Assembly (NCBI GenBank): GCA_002269645.1
Contig: NIVC01000184.1
Coordinates: 310,001 to 374,000 of the forward strand
Reading direction: 5' to 3'
DNA: 64,000 bases
From: Macrostomum lignano
Taxonomy: Eukaryota
Below the pieces are notes generated by a model. The model was not told where the DNA came from and ran no database searches. It saw only the letters and a program-made list of their open reading frames with translations. Each line of letters starts with the position of its first letter. Positions within the stretch are counted from its first letter, which is position 1. Both the position numbers and the translations under genes were made by a program. Of the stretch, positions 1-10,728 are shown in pieces.

Positions 1-9
1 TTACCCACC

Positions 10-150
10 ATGCCCTATGCAAGAATATGCTTAATAGACAGGCAGCGCCTGGTTAACAGCTTCAACACTGGACGGGACTGGAGGAGACTGGCCATTGACC
101 TCGGAATCAAAAGGACCACCGCAAACTTGATCCTAAAGCATTCAGACTGA
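10..150 (+). pseudogene. N-terminal HTH fragment of an IS630/Tc1-like transposase
   Basis: Translates MPYARICLIDRQRLVNSFNTGRDWRRLAIDLGIKRTTANLILK. This aligns by eye to the N-terminus of the transposase at 45920-47046 (PYARVSDGDRARLIDAHETGQDYLQLAELMNIKRATAYSIV). Early stop. Confidence 0.6.
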
Positions 151-322
151 GCATTCTGATTCGCGAATTGCATGCCAGCATGCCTCATCTGACACATGAC
201 CACTGCCTACGATGGCACCTGCACACGTTGAGTTACGGACAGGCCTGCTTGGATCGTCGCGATATTTTTGTTTGAAATATCTATGCAACTGATTGACTGT
301 AGCAGACATGTTAGCATAGTGA

Positions 323-571
323 TGTTCTGTTGTTGAATTAACGAACGCAGAAACAAGATAGATAATTATCCGGGCGCTCGGTGGCACCAAAAGAAGGGCT
401 TGGCCAATAGGAGGGCGGCTCGTATATTTATGCACGCGGGGAAGGAAAGTTCTAGAAAGACCGGGGAAGGAAACTTCTGGAACTATGCGTAAACAAGTCC
501 GCGGTGGAAGTTTCTAGAAACGCTGTCCCCGAACTACCCCTACGCATCGCATGCCTTTGCAATACACAACA
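323..571 (-). repeat. 3' LTR (249 bp)
   Basis: Direct repeat of 4618-4866, with the PPT adjacent. Confidence 0.97.
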
Positions 572-590
572 TTCTTCCCCTCCTTCAAGG
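572..590 (-). promoter_or_regulatory. Polypurine tract
   Basis: Minus strand reads CCTTGAAGGAGGGGAAGAA immediately before the 3' LTR. Confidence 0.85.
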
Positions 591-619
591 AGTCCAACAG
601 TCCCCAAGCTTCACTTTAA

Positions 620-1470
620 TCAGTCCCAGCGGCAGTTCATGAAGCGTATCGGCGGGTGCCTGGCTCGCTCAGATCGGCGGGGCGCTGCTGTTCTTGCCGG
701 AGGCTCCGCCGCCGGTGCCGCCGGTGCCGCCGGTGCCGCCGTGCCGGCTCCGGTCGTTGGCGCCGAGTCCACCAGTGGGTCGAACCGCTCTCTCGGCTGC
801 GCCGGGTGCGGCGTTCGGATCAGCCGCTGCTGGTTCCATCTGGTGCCGTCGCTGAGCTCGACCGCGTGGTGTCCCGCCTGACGGAGCACTTGTAGTGGCC
901 GTGAGAGGCGGGTACCCAGCTTGCCCTTCTTGGTGGGCCGTCGGATTCTCACCCAATCGCCGGGGTGGAACGTCTCGGGGCGGGCCCTTCGTCTGGCATC
1001 GGTGTAGGCCTTGATCCGCTGCTGCCGCGCCTCGATTTGCTGCCGCAGTGCCTGAGGCGTCGCCTCGGTCATTGTCATTCCCCCTCCGGGAGACAGCATG
1101 GTGATCGCGGTGCGCCACTTCCGACCCAGCATGAGCTCGGCCGGTGACTTGCCCGTCAGGCTGTGCTTGGAGCTCCGGTAGGCAGACAAGAAGTTGGTCA
1201 CGGCGTCTTGAAACGGCCTGTTCTCCACCATGGCCGCTCTGATGCTGGCGAGTAGCGACCGATTGAGACGCTCCGTCTGGCCGTTGGTTTGCGGATGGTA
1301 GAGGCTGGTCTTGACGTGCCGGATGCCCTGCTCGGCCAAGAAGTCCGAGAACTCGCTGCCAAACTGCGGGCCGTTGTCCGTCAGCACCTTCTCGCACAGC
1401 CCCCACCTTGCGAACAGGCTGCGCATCGCACGGCAGATGGTCTCCGTGGTGATGCTGGCCGTCGGGTCGG
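620..1470 (-). CDS. Integrase catalytic core and C-terminus, out of frame with pol
   Basis: Contains VLTDNGPQF and QTNGQTERLNRS (second D and E of the DDE triad). Frameshifted from the upstream pol by the GTCGG-GTCGG duplication at 1461-1470. Confidence 0.9.
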
Positions 1471-4400
1471 GATGACCTCCGGCCACTTGCTGTGCAGGTC
1501 CGTCACGACGATGAGGTACCTGCTAGAGGCCGGCGCCGCCTGCAGTTCTCCGACGATGTCCACGGCGATCTCTGCCCATGGTGAATCTGGCCAGCGTATG
1601 GTCTTGAGCGGGGCCGGACTGACCTTAAAGTTCTTCTCGGCTGTCTCGCACGCTACGCAGTGTCGCACGAAGGTCTCGACCGCCTTGTCCATGGCAGGCC
1701 ACCAGACTGAGTCGCGGAGCGCCTGCTTGGTGCGCACGATGCCCTGGTGCCCTTCGTGAGCCTGCTCGAGAAGCTGGCCGCGGAGAGACTCCGGGATGAC
1801 CGCTCTCTCCTGGAAGGCAAGGCATTCGCCGTTGTTCCAGACGCTTAGCTGTTCGCGCACCTTCCAGAGCGCCCGCAGCTCGACATCGTCGATGTCAGCT
1901 GGCCACCGGCCGCTAATGACGCTCCTGATGGCTGTCCTCAGTGTCTCGTCGGCTGCGGTCCCTGCGGTAAGTGCTTCCAGTGTGACCGCCTTGACTCTCG
2001 GGCCTGGAGTGTCGGGCAGGTGGATCAGGTTTAGCTCCGATCCGCTGCTCCACCGGGAAAGCAGATCGGCAACGTAGTTGCTGTTTCCTGGCAGGTAGCG
2101 CACGTGGAAGTCGTACTGCAGCAGCCGGTCGCACCACCTGTGGATCCGCAGTGGCCGGTGTCCCGTGCCGGTCGGTCCCAGAAGCAGCTGCTGCAGCGCC
2201 TGATGATCTGTGCGCAGCTCGAAGTGGCGACCGTAGAGGTAGAAATGCCACTTCTCCATCGCCCAGAGGCTAGCCAGTGCCTCGCGCTCGTTCGCGGCGT
2301 AGCGCTGTTCCGTCGTCGTCAGCGCTCGGGCGGCGAAGGCGACCGGTCGCTCGACGCCGTCCTGGATCTGCGACAGCTGGGCTCCGATGGCCTTGGCGCT
2401 GGCATCCGTGGTGACGATAGTGTCGGCCTTCGGGTCGAAGTGGGCGAGCGTCGGTGCCTTGCTGATGGCGTCCTTCACTGCTTCGAACGCCCGTTGGCAC
2501 TCCGGCGTCCAGTCGAAGTTGGAGTCGGCCTTCAGGAGCCTTCGAAGCGGCTCTGTGATGTCGGCGTAGTGCGGCACGAAGCGCATCAGGAAGTTAGCGG
2601 CGCCTAGGAATGACTTCAACGCCTTCTGATCTCCGGGCTGCCGGATGTCCCTGATGGCCGCTGTGGCTGACTCCGTTGGCCGGATGCCGGCCTCCGAGAT
2701 CACGAATCCGAAGAATTCGACCTCTTTCTGCTTGAAGGCGCACTTCTGCTTGTTCACCGTCATGCCCTTGTCCTCGAGGCGCTGGAGCAACTTCTCCAGT
2801 CGTCGATCATGCTCCTCCTCGCTGCGCCCGTACACGATGAAGTCATCCAGGATGTGCTCCACTCCGTCGAGGTCGGCGGCCTGATCGTCGAGCATGCGCT
2901 GGAAAGCAGCTGGTGCCGATGCCAGGCCGAAGGGAACTCGACGATAGCGGAAGAGCCCCTTGTGCGTGATGAAGGCTGTCAGATTGCGGCTCGATTCATG
3001 CAGCTGCATCTGCATGTAGCCCGACTTCAGATCAATCTTGCTGAACACTCGGCCACGGCCTTTCTTGATCTTCGAGGCAATCTCGTCCAGCTGTGGCATC
3101 GGGTGCTTGTCGACGATCAGTGCCTTGTTCGGCTCGCGAACGTCGACGCAGATTCGGATGCTGCCATCCTTCTTCGCCGTCACCACTAGATTGGAGACCC
3201 ACTCGCTAGCGTTGACTCGCTCGATGATGCCGTCCTTCTCCCTCTTGTCGAGTTCGGCACCGACCTGCTCCTGTCGCATGAGGGGCAGGCGGCGGAGTGG
3301 CTGCTGGACGGGTCGCACTGCTGGGTCGACCTTGGGCTGGTGTACAGCGCCGGCGCAGCATCCTATCGCACCGCTGAAGGTCGTTGGGTACCGCGCCTGC
3401 AAGTCCGCCGTCAAGTCGCTGACCTTCGCGATTCCGGGTGGCTGCCCGCTAAGGTCGACTCGGAAGCCCAGCTTCTCCATCAGGTCTCTACCGACGATGT
3501 TGTCGCCGCCTGGCGCAACGAAGAACCGGTGCTGCATCGCCTTGTCGCCGTAGCGCACCTCCAGCTCGGTGACACCACTTAGCTGGATCGGCAGTCCACC
3601 GTAGGCACGCAGCTTCGTCGTGGTGGGAGAGGTGACTGCACCTGAGATCCGATCGGCGGTCTGTCGGGACAGCAGCGACACCCTTGCGCCGCAGTCCACC
3701 ATCAGGCTGACAGCGGTCCTGTCCGGTCCGAGTTCCAGCGTCGCCCGGACCTCCCTGTCGCCACCCGGCACTGCGTAGACTGTGATCACCTCGTCCGCGG
3801 CATTGACAGCAGCCTGCTGGCTGCGACAGCAACTCCGGAAGTGGTTCTTCTTGCCACAGGTGTCGCATGTCTTGCCCTTGGCCGGACAGGGGGTCGTCGG
3901 TCCGTGGTCTCGCCCACATCGTGTGCAGGCGCCGCCGGGTTTGGCCGTCCTGCCAGCTGGTGCTGGGCGGTGCCTCCCCTTTGCAGCGACCTTCTGGCCC
4001 CTCGGCTGTCGGATCGATTGGACGGCTGCCGTGCTCGAGGTTGATGGCGCCATCGCCTTGGCTTCTTTGGAGGCTTCCTCGATGGAGACCGCGATGCTGA
4101 GCGCTTTCGCCAGGTTGAGGTCCTCCACCTTCTCCGTCAGCAGCCTCTCTCGGATTCTGGGGTTACTGGTCTTCTCAGCCAGCTGGTCTCTGATGAGATC
4201 GTCCTGTATCGCGCCGTAGTTGCACAGCTCCGTCAGCTCCCTCAGGGCTGCCACGAAGGTCTTGACGTCCTCGCCGGGTAGCTGCTGGCGCTGGCGGAAG
4301 CGATATCTGGCTACCATCACGTTGGGCTTCTCGCCGAAGATCTTCTCGAGCTCCGCCTTGGTTGCTGCGAACGTGTCGTTCTCCTTGATTGCTTGGCGTG

Positions 4401-4605
4401 CTCGAGCAACCCGCTGACCTTCAAATCCAAGCAGATGGAGCAGAAGGCTCCTCTTCAGCGGTTTCGCCTCTTCCTTCCCTTCGGGCTCCTTGAATTGGGC
4501 CGCCTCGTAATAAAATTCAAAGGCCTCAATCCATCGGCTCCATGGTACTGTCGGTGATCCGCAGTTCGCCAGGAAGGGCGTGGGTGCAGGGATGCTAGCC
4601 GCCAT
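1381..4605 (-). CDS. Gag-Pol polyprotein (gag, protease, RT, RNase H, integrase N-terminus)
   Basis: Double zinc knuckle CTRCGRDH...CDTCGKKNHFRSCC; protease LMVDCGA; RT VPFGL and HILDD; RNase H TTDAS and TDHQAL; integrase HEGH...CVAC and VDIVG. True ATG at 4605. Confidence 0.95.
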   Translation of the reverse strand: MAASIPAPTPFLANCGSPTVPWSRWIEAFEFYYEAAQFKEPEGKEEAKPLKRSLLLHLLGFEGQRVARARQAIKENDTFAATKAELEKIFGEKPNVMVARYRFRQRQQLPGEDVKTFVAALRELTELCNYGAIQDDLIRDQLAEKTSNPRIRERLLTEKVEDLNLAKALSIAVSIEEASKEAKAMAPSTSSTAAVQSIRQPRGQKVAAKGRHRPAPAGRTAKPGGACTRCGRDHGPTTPCPAKGKTCDTCGKKNHFRSCCRSQQAAVNAADEVITVYAVPGGDREVRATLELGPDRTAVSLMVDCGARVSLLSRQTADRISGAVTSPTTTKLRAYGGLPIQLSGVTELEVRYGDKAMQHRFFVAPGGDNIVGRDLMEKLGFRVDLSGQPPGIAKVSDLTADLQARYPTTFSGAIGCCAGAVHQPKVDPAVRPVQQPLRRLPLMRQEQVGAELDKREKDGIIERVNASEWVSNLVVTAKKDGSIRICVDVREPNKALIVDKHPMPQLDEIASKIKKGRGRVFSKIDLKSGYMQMQLHESSRNLTAFITHKGLFRYRRVPFGLASAPAAFQRMLDDQAADLDGVEHILDDFIVYGRSEEEHDRRLEKLLQRLEDKGMTVNKQKCAFKQKEVEFFGFVISEAGIRPTESATAAIRDIRQPGDQKALKSFLGAANFLMRFVPHYADITEPLRRLLKADSNFDWTPECQRAFEAVKDAISKAPTLAHFDPKADTIVTTDASAKAIGAQLSQIQDGVERPVAFAARALTTTEQRYAANEREALASLWAMEKWHFYLYGRHFELRTDHQALQQLLLGPTGTGHRPLRIHRWCDRLLQYDFHVRYLPGNSNYVADLLSRWSSGSELNLIHLPDTPGPRVKAVTLEALTAGTAADETLRTAIRSVISGRWPADIDDVELRALWKVREQLSVWNNGECLAFQERAVIPESLRGQLLEQAHEGHQGIVRTKQALRDSVWWPAMDKAVETFVRHCVACETAEKNFKVSPAPLKTIRWPDSPWAEIAVDIVGELQAAPASSRYLIVVTDLHSKWPEVIPTRRPASPRRPSAVRCAACSQGGGCARRC

Positions 4606-4616
4606 CCTCGTCGCCA
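4602..4616 (-). promoter_or_regulatory. Primer-binding site complementary to the tRNA-Ser(GCU) 3' end
   Basis: TGGCGACGAGGATGG lies 1 nt after the 5' LTR and is complementary to the ...CCATCCTCGTCGCCA end of eukaryotic tRNA-Ser(GCU). Confidence 0.85.
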
Positions 4617-4617
4617 A

Positions 4618-4866
4618 TGTTCTGTTGTTGAATTAACGAACGCAGAAACAAGATAGATAATTATCCGGGCGCTCGGTGGCACCAAAAGAAGGGCTTGGCC
4701 AATAGGAGGGCGGCTCGTATATTTATGCACGCGGGGAAGGAAAGTTCTAGAAAGACCGGGGAAGGAAACTTCTGGAACTATGCGTAAACAAGTCCGCGGT
4801 GGAAGTTTCTAGAAACGCTGTCCCCGAACTACCCCTACGCATCGCATGCCTTTGCAATACACAACA
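4618..4866 (-). repeat. 5' LTR (249 bp)
   Basis: Direct repeat of 323-571. Confidence 0.97.
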
Positions 4867-5100
4867 AGTGAATTACAGAATTTGTTGCTTTAATTTGAGA
4901 GCACTGTTCAAAATAAACCTTTGTTTCGTTATCTGTTCAGTGGACAGATTTGAAGTTACTTTTGACAGAATTGATCTGAGCTTTAACCATAGACTCTTAA
5001 GTTGGCGCTCGGCTTGCGAGCTGAATGTATGCCTTTCTGCTATCTACGGCAGATTTGAAGTTACTTGTGACAGACTTGGAGTGGAAAAGTTATATTAAAA

Positions 5101-5238
5101 TTACTTTTTGCGGGCATCAATGTAGAATTTTGAGGGCGCGTAACTTTGACTGGGGAGCTGACTTTTAAAGAAGTGCGGCCCAAAGACGCGCATTTTGCGC
5201 CCTCACAAAATTCTACATTGATGCCCCGCAAAAAGTAA
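5101..5238. repeat. Small inverted-repeat (MITE-like) element
   Basis: About 40-bp imperfect inverted arms (TTACTTTTTGCGGGCATCAATGTAGAATTTTGAGGGCGC and its reverse complement). Shares the CGGGCATCAATGT motif with the adjacent element. Confidence 0.7.
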
Positions 5239-5248
5239 TGTTTATATT

Positions 5249-6073
5249 ATTGTCATTAATGCAAGAGATTTCCGGGCATCAATGTCGAAAATTCCGGGCT
5301 CTGTGTTATTACATAGAATGCAGTTGAAATGTCTATGGCCATTCTTTCTTTTGATTTGCGAGCTCTGGGCCATAGACGAAGTTTTGATGGTCCAGGTCTA
5401 GAGACGGACAGTAAAACTGAAGGAGCTAGAAAAATGCTAAATGTATATTTTTTCAAATCTGTCAGGACTAAGCTGTGCTTGAGTTCTGAAAATGATCAAC
5501 CATTTAATTAATTATTCCAATCTGCCGGGAGAAATGGTTTCCGGTATGTCGACCGAAGAGCTGGCTTGGGTATCATCCGAGTCGAACAGCCGGTATTTGG
5601 AGGAACTGAGCGAAGAATTTGCGCGCAAGATCGAATCAGAAGAGATTCTCGACATTCCGGAGGACGTGATGCAAGAGTTAAATCAGCTTGAAGAGGTGGA
5701 ATACCGGACTCCTCCGCCCGGCAGATGGAGGACAATGTGAGCCGCTTCAAGACTTTTTCTGGAAGAAATGAAACTGTCAACGGATCTGCTGCGAATTCCA
5801 AAGTCGATTCTGGCTAATTATTTGCGTTTCTTCTATTCGACACTATTCGAGTCTCATCTGCATTAGAGCCGGACTGCATCGCTTCTTCTGTCTCAGTCGC
5901 CCAGAGATTAACATTAACATTAACTTCTGCTGTTATTTGTTTGCCTCTGTTTCACACTGTTGTTCTATTTCGCTCTATTACTTAAATAGAAAATACCATA
6001 GACAATCCAAGGCACGAATTGCCACATTGACGCCCGGAAAAGGGACGCTTAAGCCGCAAAAATTAATGACAAT
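5249..6073 (+). mobile_element. Internally deleted Crypton-like (DUF3504-type tyrosine recombinase) element
   Basis: Inverted ends ATTGTCATTAAT...CCGGGCATCAATGT. Frameshifted coding remnant VSRFKTFLEE...IPKSILANYLRFFYS and SLICIRAGLHRFF, typical of the N-terminal part of Crypton-type YR proteins. Confidence 0.6.
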
Positions 6074-6596
6074 ATGACAAATACACGTTTCTTACGGCCC
6101 CGAGTAAGTGCATTAACGTTCTTACTTCAGCTAAAAGACAGGATTTTCAATTCCTTTTACCATTGGCCCTGTAGTATACATGTAATATGCCATTAAAACT
6201 TGACAAGGTTGGAATCCAAAGTAAGTATCAGTGTGTTGATCATAAAAACAATCCAAAATCATAACGTTTCTTTAATCACTTAACTTCGTGAACGCTGATG
6301 CAGTTGCAGATGCGTGAATTATAAAGAATTTATTGTCATTGCTATACCAAGAAATTGTCACCTGTACAGAAAATTAATATGAAAACATTTTTATGCTAAA
6401 TGTAATCTTTTAGACAAGATAAACACTAATTACAATATTATTAATAATTAAAACGGAATTGTAGAAAAGAGAAAATTCGTTACCAGAGAAATAATTCGCG
6501 CATTCAATTACAACTGTTACAGACAAATGCAAAACAAATTAAGCAGCTAGCTAATGCATGAAAAAATAGGTAATTGTCTAACAAGCATGAATCACC

Positions 6597-6820
6597 TGAA
6601 GGCTGCGTACGGCTGTTCAGTCCAAGGACTGGGGGGGGGGTCGCCATACACACCCTCAATTACAGCTATTGCTGGCACCCATTTTACAGCTGGGTGAACT
6701 GAAGCAATGCAGAGTTAAGTGTCTTGCTCGGGGACACAAATTGATCCGAGAGAGTCGAGAGTCGAACCCCCGATCTTCCAGTCGTGAGTCCGACGCTCTG
6801 ACCACTAGTCTACAACCCCC
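6597..6820 (-). mobile_element. tRNA-derived CORE-like SINE (family 1)
   Basis: tRNA-like head with A box and B box (GGTTCGACTC), followed by CACTTAACTCTGCATTGCTTCAGTTCACCCAGCTGTAAAATGGG. Other copies at 12201, 22344 and 50750. Confidence 0.8.
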
Positions 6821-7024
6821 TAATGCACATGCCTATTCTAACGTACATGTAGATACAAACAGGTAAGATACGACGTCACAATGCAAAGTACACATAAATT
6901 AGGAATTCTTAAAGGTGCATGTGCACGCTTGATTATTGCAATAGCTGAGTGGCATAAATCGACCACAACAGAAAAACTTCAGAGTTTATTCTAGACTGCT
7001 TCAACACTGCTTATTCTAGAACTC

Positions 7025-7492
7025 TCATTCTTTCCCTCGAGAGCGGAACTGCGGATTCAAGGCCCAGTCTGGCGCACCGGCTGGCGGCATTCGTTGACTT
7101 CGCGTTGTCGAACTTAACGTCTGGACAGCATCGTCGACGGTCTGTCGCCTACTAGTCAGCTCGTCTCGTTGACGTTTGGTAGCGAATCGACGCAAGAACA
7201 GGTCGTCAAGACGACGCTTGATGTCGCGGACGCGGTCACTTTCCCAGTAATGTCGACGGGCGCGCAGCCTCGGTCTACGACAGCTGCTGCTGCCGCTGTC
7301 TCCTGCCCCATTGGATCCGCTCTCCTCTTCCTCTTCATCCGACGTTGTAAACTCGCGAGTCAGCACTACGCCGTACTGCTCCATCTCTTCCGGCTGGAGG
7401 CTCGATATGATTTCCTCGAATGCCTTTTGACGTCGAGCCAATTTCTGCGTTGGTGAATTTTGAGTGACGTTATATTTTTTCTCTTTGTTCAA
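7025..7492 (-). other. ORF fragment of unknown function, probably TE-derived (possible Kolobok-like element 6913-7735)
   Basis: 155-aa open frame with an acidic TSDEEEEE stretch and a YWESDRVRDIKRRLD motif. Weak TTAA|AGGTGCAT ... ATGCGTCT|TTAA termini. Confidence 0.3.
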
Positions 7493-8089
7493 GTTGCGAC
7501 CAAGGAAGACTTGATTGGGACGGGAAACTTCGTTTCTAAGAAAAATAGACTACGGAGATACAGTACCATTTTTGTCATTGTTTAGTTTAAAACATGGTTA
7601 CCCAAAAATAGAAAAAAATTGTATTGGATAAATCCCTTGCTTTTACAAAAAATGCTTTACAGAACATGAAAATTTTCAATTTTTTCAAAGAAACCAGGAT
7701 TCCCGCAAGTCGGGGTTTTCAAAGGAAATGCGTCTTTAAATGATCGGATAGAACGATTTGAGTAGCTTATCTATAAAGAGGAAGTCTGCAGACTGGAGTC
7801 TATCAAGGTTAGGGTGCAGAATACGGATGTTGTTATTTGATTTTGAAAATTTTTAGACCGATGCCCAGCTGGCATCCTGGCTTTCAATTTTGACCTCCTG
7901 AATTTTGACAATTTTGACGCTTTAGAAGGCACAGGAAAATAAATGTAAAGATAAACATAGATTAACTTTTTTTCCAACGCGTTTCGGTCCGACGTCAGTC
8001 ATCTTCAGGGTCTTTGATGTATTTTCACTCACGCAACAACCTTTCATAAGAAATAAACAAAAGTCGGTCGGTCAATACGTTACCAGAAA

Positions 8090-10328
8090 TCAAATTTGAA
8101 TTCTCAGCTTTCTCACAGTGGTGTGGGCCATTTGCTCAAGGTATTCTAAGTGAAGGCACAAACCCGATCAATGTACTCGCAATCTCCATACTTTGCTCAC
8201 TTACCTTGAACGTTCTGCCCCTGATATGACCTTGGACTGTACAGTAAACGCCAGTTGTTGACCGAAACGCGTTGGGAAAAGTTATACGTTGATCTGCCTA
8301 CGTGGCAACGCAGAAAATACAATTGTGTTTTGCATGTATACTCAGCAACATCTCTCAACTTAGCTATGCCGTGGCAGACTTGAGTTGAGGAATGAAGTTG
8401 GGCAGCGGTGTGCGAGGGTTGGACGGATATTAAAGCTACCCCGATAAGTTTTCTCGTATCTTTCATTTAAGAATAGTCCAAGAGGAATTGCTTACTGGCG
8501 CATAGAGTGGCGACTTTGCAATGTTGCTGAATATATACCAATGGGTGCTGCAGAGAATTGCTATCTTTCAGCTTGACCCTCAGTGGGTTCTCACTGTCGA
8601 TATGGACAGATTCGGTCCAAGAGAAATCCAAGTTAAAACACGTTTACGGAAATAGCAAGCAACTACCTTCATCTCGTATGCTTCATCTCGTATTGACAAT
8701 TATTGACATTATGAGGTGATAAAAAACGATTCCGAATAGACTTGACATCCTTTCTTTTTTTATTAGAGGCAGGGGGGGTTGTGTGCACCCTGGCGCACTT
8801 TAAGCGACATAGGCACACAACCGGCAAGAGGCATTACTGCCCATTCCGCCGACTCCCCTGAGCAGGCACACAAGCGCGCGGATACGTACGCAGGCACACA
8901 CTCACACAGGAGTGTACAGCGGCCCTAACTTTATTTTATCGTTAGGCATGTACACTTCACTGCGCCTTGGGGGGTTGGCTCTCAAGGCCGTTAATTGCAC
9001 GAGCAGAGCCAAGCCGAGATTCCAATTCAGCCCCAAATTAATGTGACTGCACTTGGAATCGAGCCTGGGTCGCTGGCACACCAGAGCCTGTGCTAGACCG
9101 CTGGGCTACGGCCCCCCTGACATCCTTTCTTTACTTACCTGCTGCTTCCAGCGAGTCCGAGTGTAGCTTTTCTTATTTTTCAATCGATACGGGCCGAAAA
9201 CGTTGAAAATTGACGAGCGCAGAATGGCTACAGAAAAATTATGAAATTGATAATTAAAAAAGATGCAATATTTGCTTCAGAAGTGACTTGAACTTGGAAT
9301 ATTGGGAGCTTACACATCAGATCGTCTTTACTAAGACCGAGAGTGCCAGCCGTGCGACTAGCAGTCACACGGAGCACTCTTTCAGCTACTGACTGGTTGG
9401 TCTCGTGTTCGAATCTGTAAAACAATATAACAGTGTCCCAGTGTACATCAAAATATGGACTGGCCGCACCAATAGTTTTACGTCTACAAGTCACTCTAAT
9501 CGTCTTGATATTTTTATAAAATATAGTTTACGCATTCTATAAAGCAAGTATGCCTAATGCTACGCCTAATTTCAGAGATTTCAGTCCGCATATGGCGATC
9601 TCACGGTTTCGAAAAATCAAACGGATGCAAACTGCTACCCTTGATGGACTGGTAGCTGTCCTTCAGTGCTGCCTGCAAGAGGAAATAAGGCGGATTACTG
9701 CACACGCTTGAGCTTGAGATTAAAATGGAACTGTTACTTAATTTACTTTTTCTATCTACCATCTCTCCTGTCGACAAGATTAAAAAAGGCCAATCACCTC
9801 AGCCCTCGTTCTGGCTTCAGACGCACTACTATCCTCAGCAGCGGCAATCGAAGTTGTAGCTTCATTAAGCTCATCAACTATTAAACAGTCGTCCGAATAT
9901 TCGCTAGCATAATCCATATTGCTGTCTTGTTGAGCAAACTGACAATCAGACAGCATAGTGGCAGCTTTCAACGAAGACTTTGACTCAGTTTTGACAGCAA
10001 CGGTAGTAGACAAATAGTTCGATTTCTTATCAACCGTTGAGTCCGATACCTGCTGGCTTGTAGCGGCAGGCTCTTTCGCTGGTTCATTCGGATCAAAGCA
10101 TGTTTTATAAGCATTGGCCAGACGGCAAGCGTCGCCTACTGAAGGCTCCATCACATCTACAATGCGACCGTGAAGGGTCGAGAGAAAGCGGAGCGCCAGC
10201 ACCAAGTCTGTTGGCGGCATCGAGTCGACAAGCATGCCGGCGTTGGCCAGAGTGCATTCAAACAGGTGCAACGGACTGAAGCCACTTTCCAATGAGATGT
10301 TACTAGTGGCGTCCACTGCGACAGACAT
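8090..10328 (-). CDS. Multi-exon gene with C2-domain-like segments (exon boundaries partly approximate)
   Basis: Exons 10328-9798, about 9503-9295, 9230-9139, about 8460-8205 and 8145-8090, possibly with one more near 8500-8640. The 59-nt intron 8146-8204 is canonical and frame-preserving. Motifs SPYFDVHWDTVILF, LSKDDLMCKLPI and KLIGVALISV resemble C2 strands. Confidence 0.45.
8757..9117 (-). mobile_element. tRNA-derived SINE (family 2)
   Basis: tRNA-like head (GGGCCGTAGCCCAGCGG...GGCTCGATTCC), A-rich tail and a 14-bp TSD TGACATCCTTTCTT (8743-8756 and 9118-9131). Confidence 0.85.
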
Positions 10329-10393
10329 GCTTGAAAATTCAATAATTTTGCTGCAATATGAAATGTAGCTTTTGCTTTACAAACATCTTACTG

Positions 10394-10528
10394 GCTGACT
10401 GACTGACTGACTGGCTGACTGACTGACTGACTGACTGACTGACTGACTGACTGACTGACTGACTGACTGGCTGACTTGAGTGAGTGGCTGACTGACTGAC
10501 TGACTGACTGACTGACTTGAGTGAGTGG

Positions 10529-10560
<32 letters not shown>
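10394..10560. repeat. (GACT)n microsatellite
   Basis: Directly visible, with an internal GACTTGAGTGAGTGGCT higher-order interruption. Confidence 0.97.
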
Positions 10561-10561
<1 letters not shown>

Positions 10562-10728
10562 ACAAATAACCAACAAAAAATAAGTCCATTTTGTCAAAAA
10601 ACGTTTTCGTAATTAATTTATGAGACTAACAAAAGCTCAAAAGGTAAATAGAAGAAGACACTGTAAAGGCATAAAGCTAGCAAACAAAAATGGGAATTGG
10701 TTTCATTGTCTGCTACGCCAAACACATT

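Larger units (their letters stand above)
323..4866 (-). mobile_element. Full-length Ty3/Gypsy (Mag-like) LTR retrotransposon, very recent insertion
   Basis: Two 249-bp LTRs with TG...CA ends that appear identical. 5-bp TSD AGTGA at 318-322 and 4867-4871. PBS, PPT and a single gag-pol frame are present. Confidence 0.97.

Noticed and set aside
1381-1486. Programmed ribosomal frameshift in pol
   Set aside because: It falls inside the integrase core, has no slippery heptamer, and is fully explained by a 5-bp duplication.
504-4417. Many plus-strand and alternate-frame ORFs over the Gypsy element and over DPP3 exons
   Set aside because: Shadows of GC-rich coding sequence on the opposite strand, with no motifs of their own.
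6760-6820. tRNA genes at the SINE heads (also 9050-9117, 32215-32285, 50900-50962)
   Set aside because: No complete acceptor stem, and they are fused to repeated SINE bodies with TSDs.
10377-10597. ORFs of SQSV repeats
   Set aside because: Translation of the (GACT)n microsatellite.
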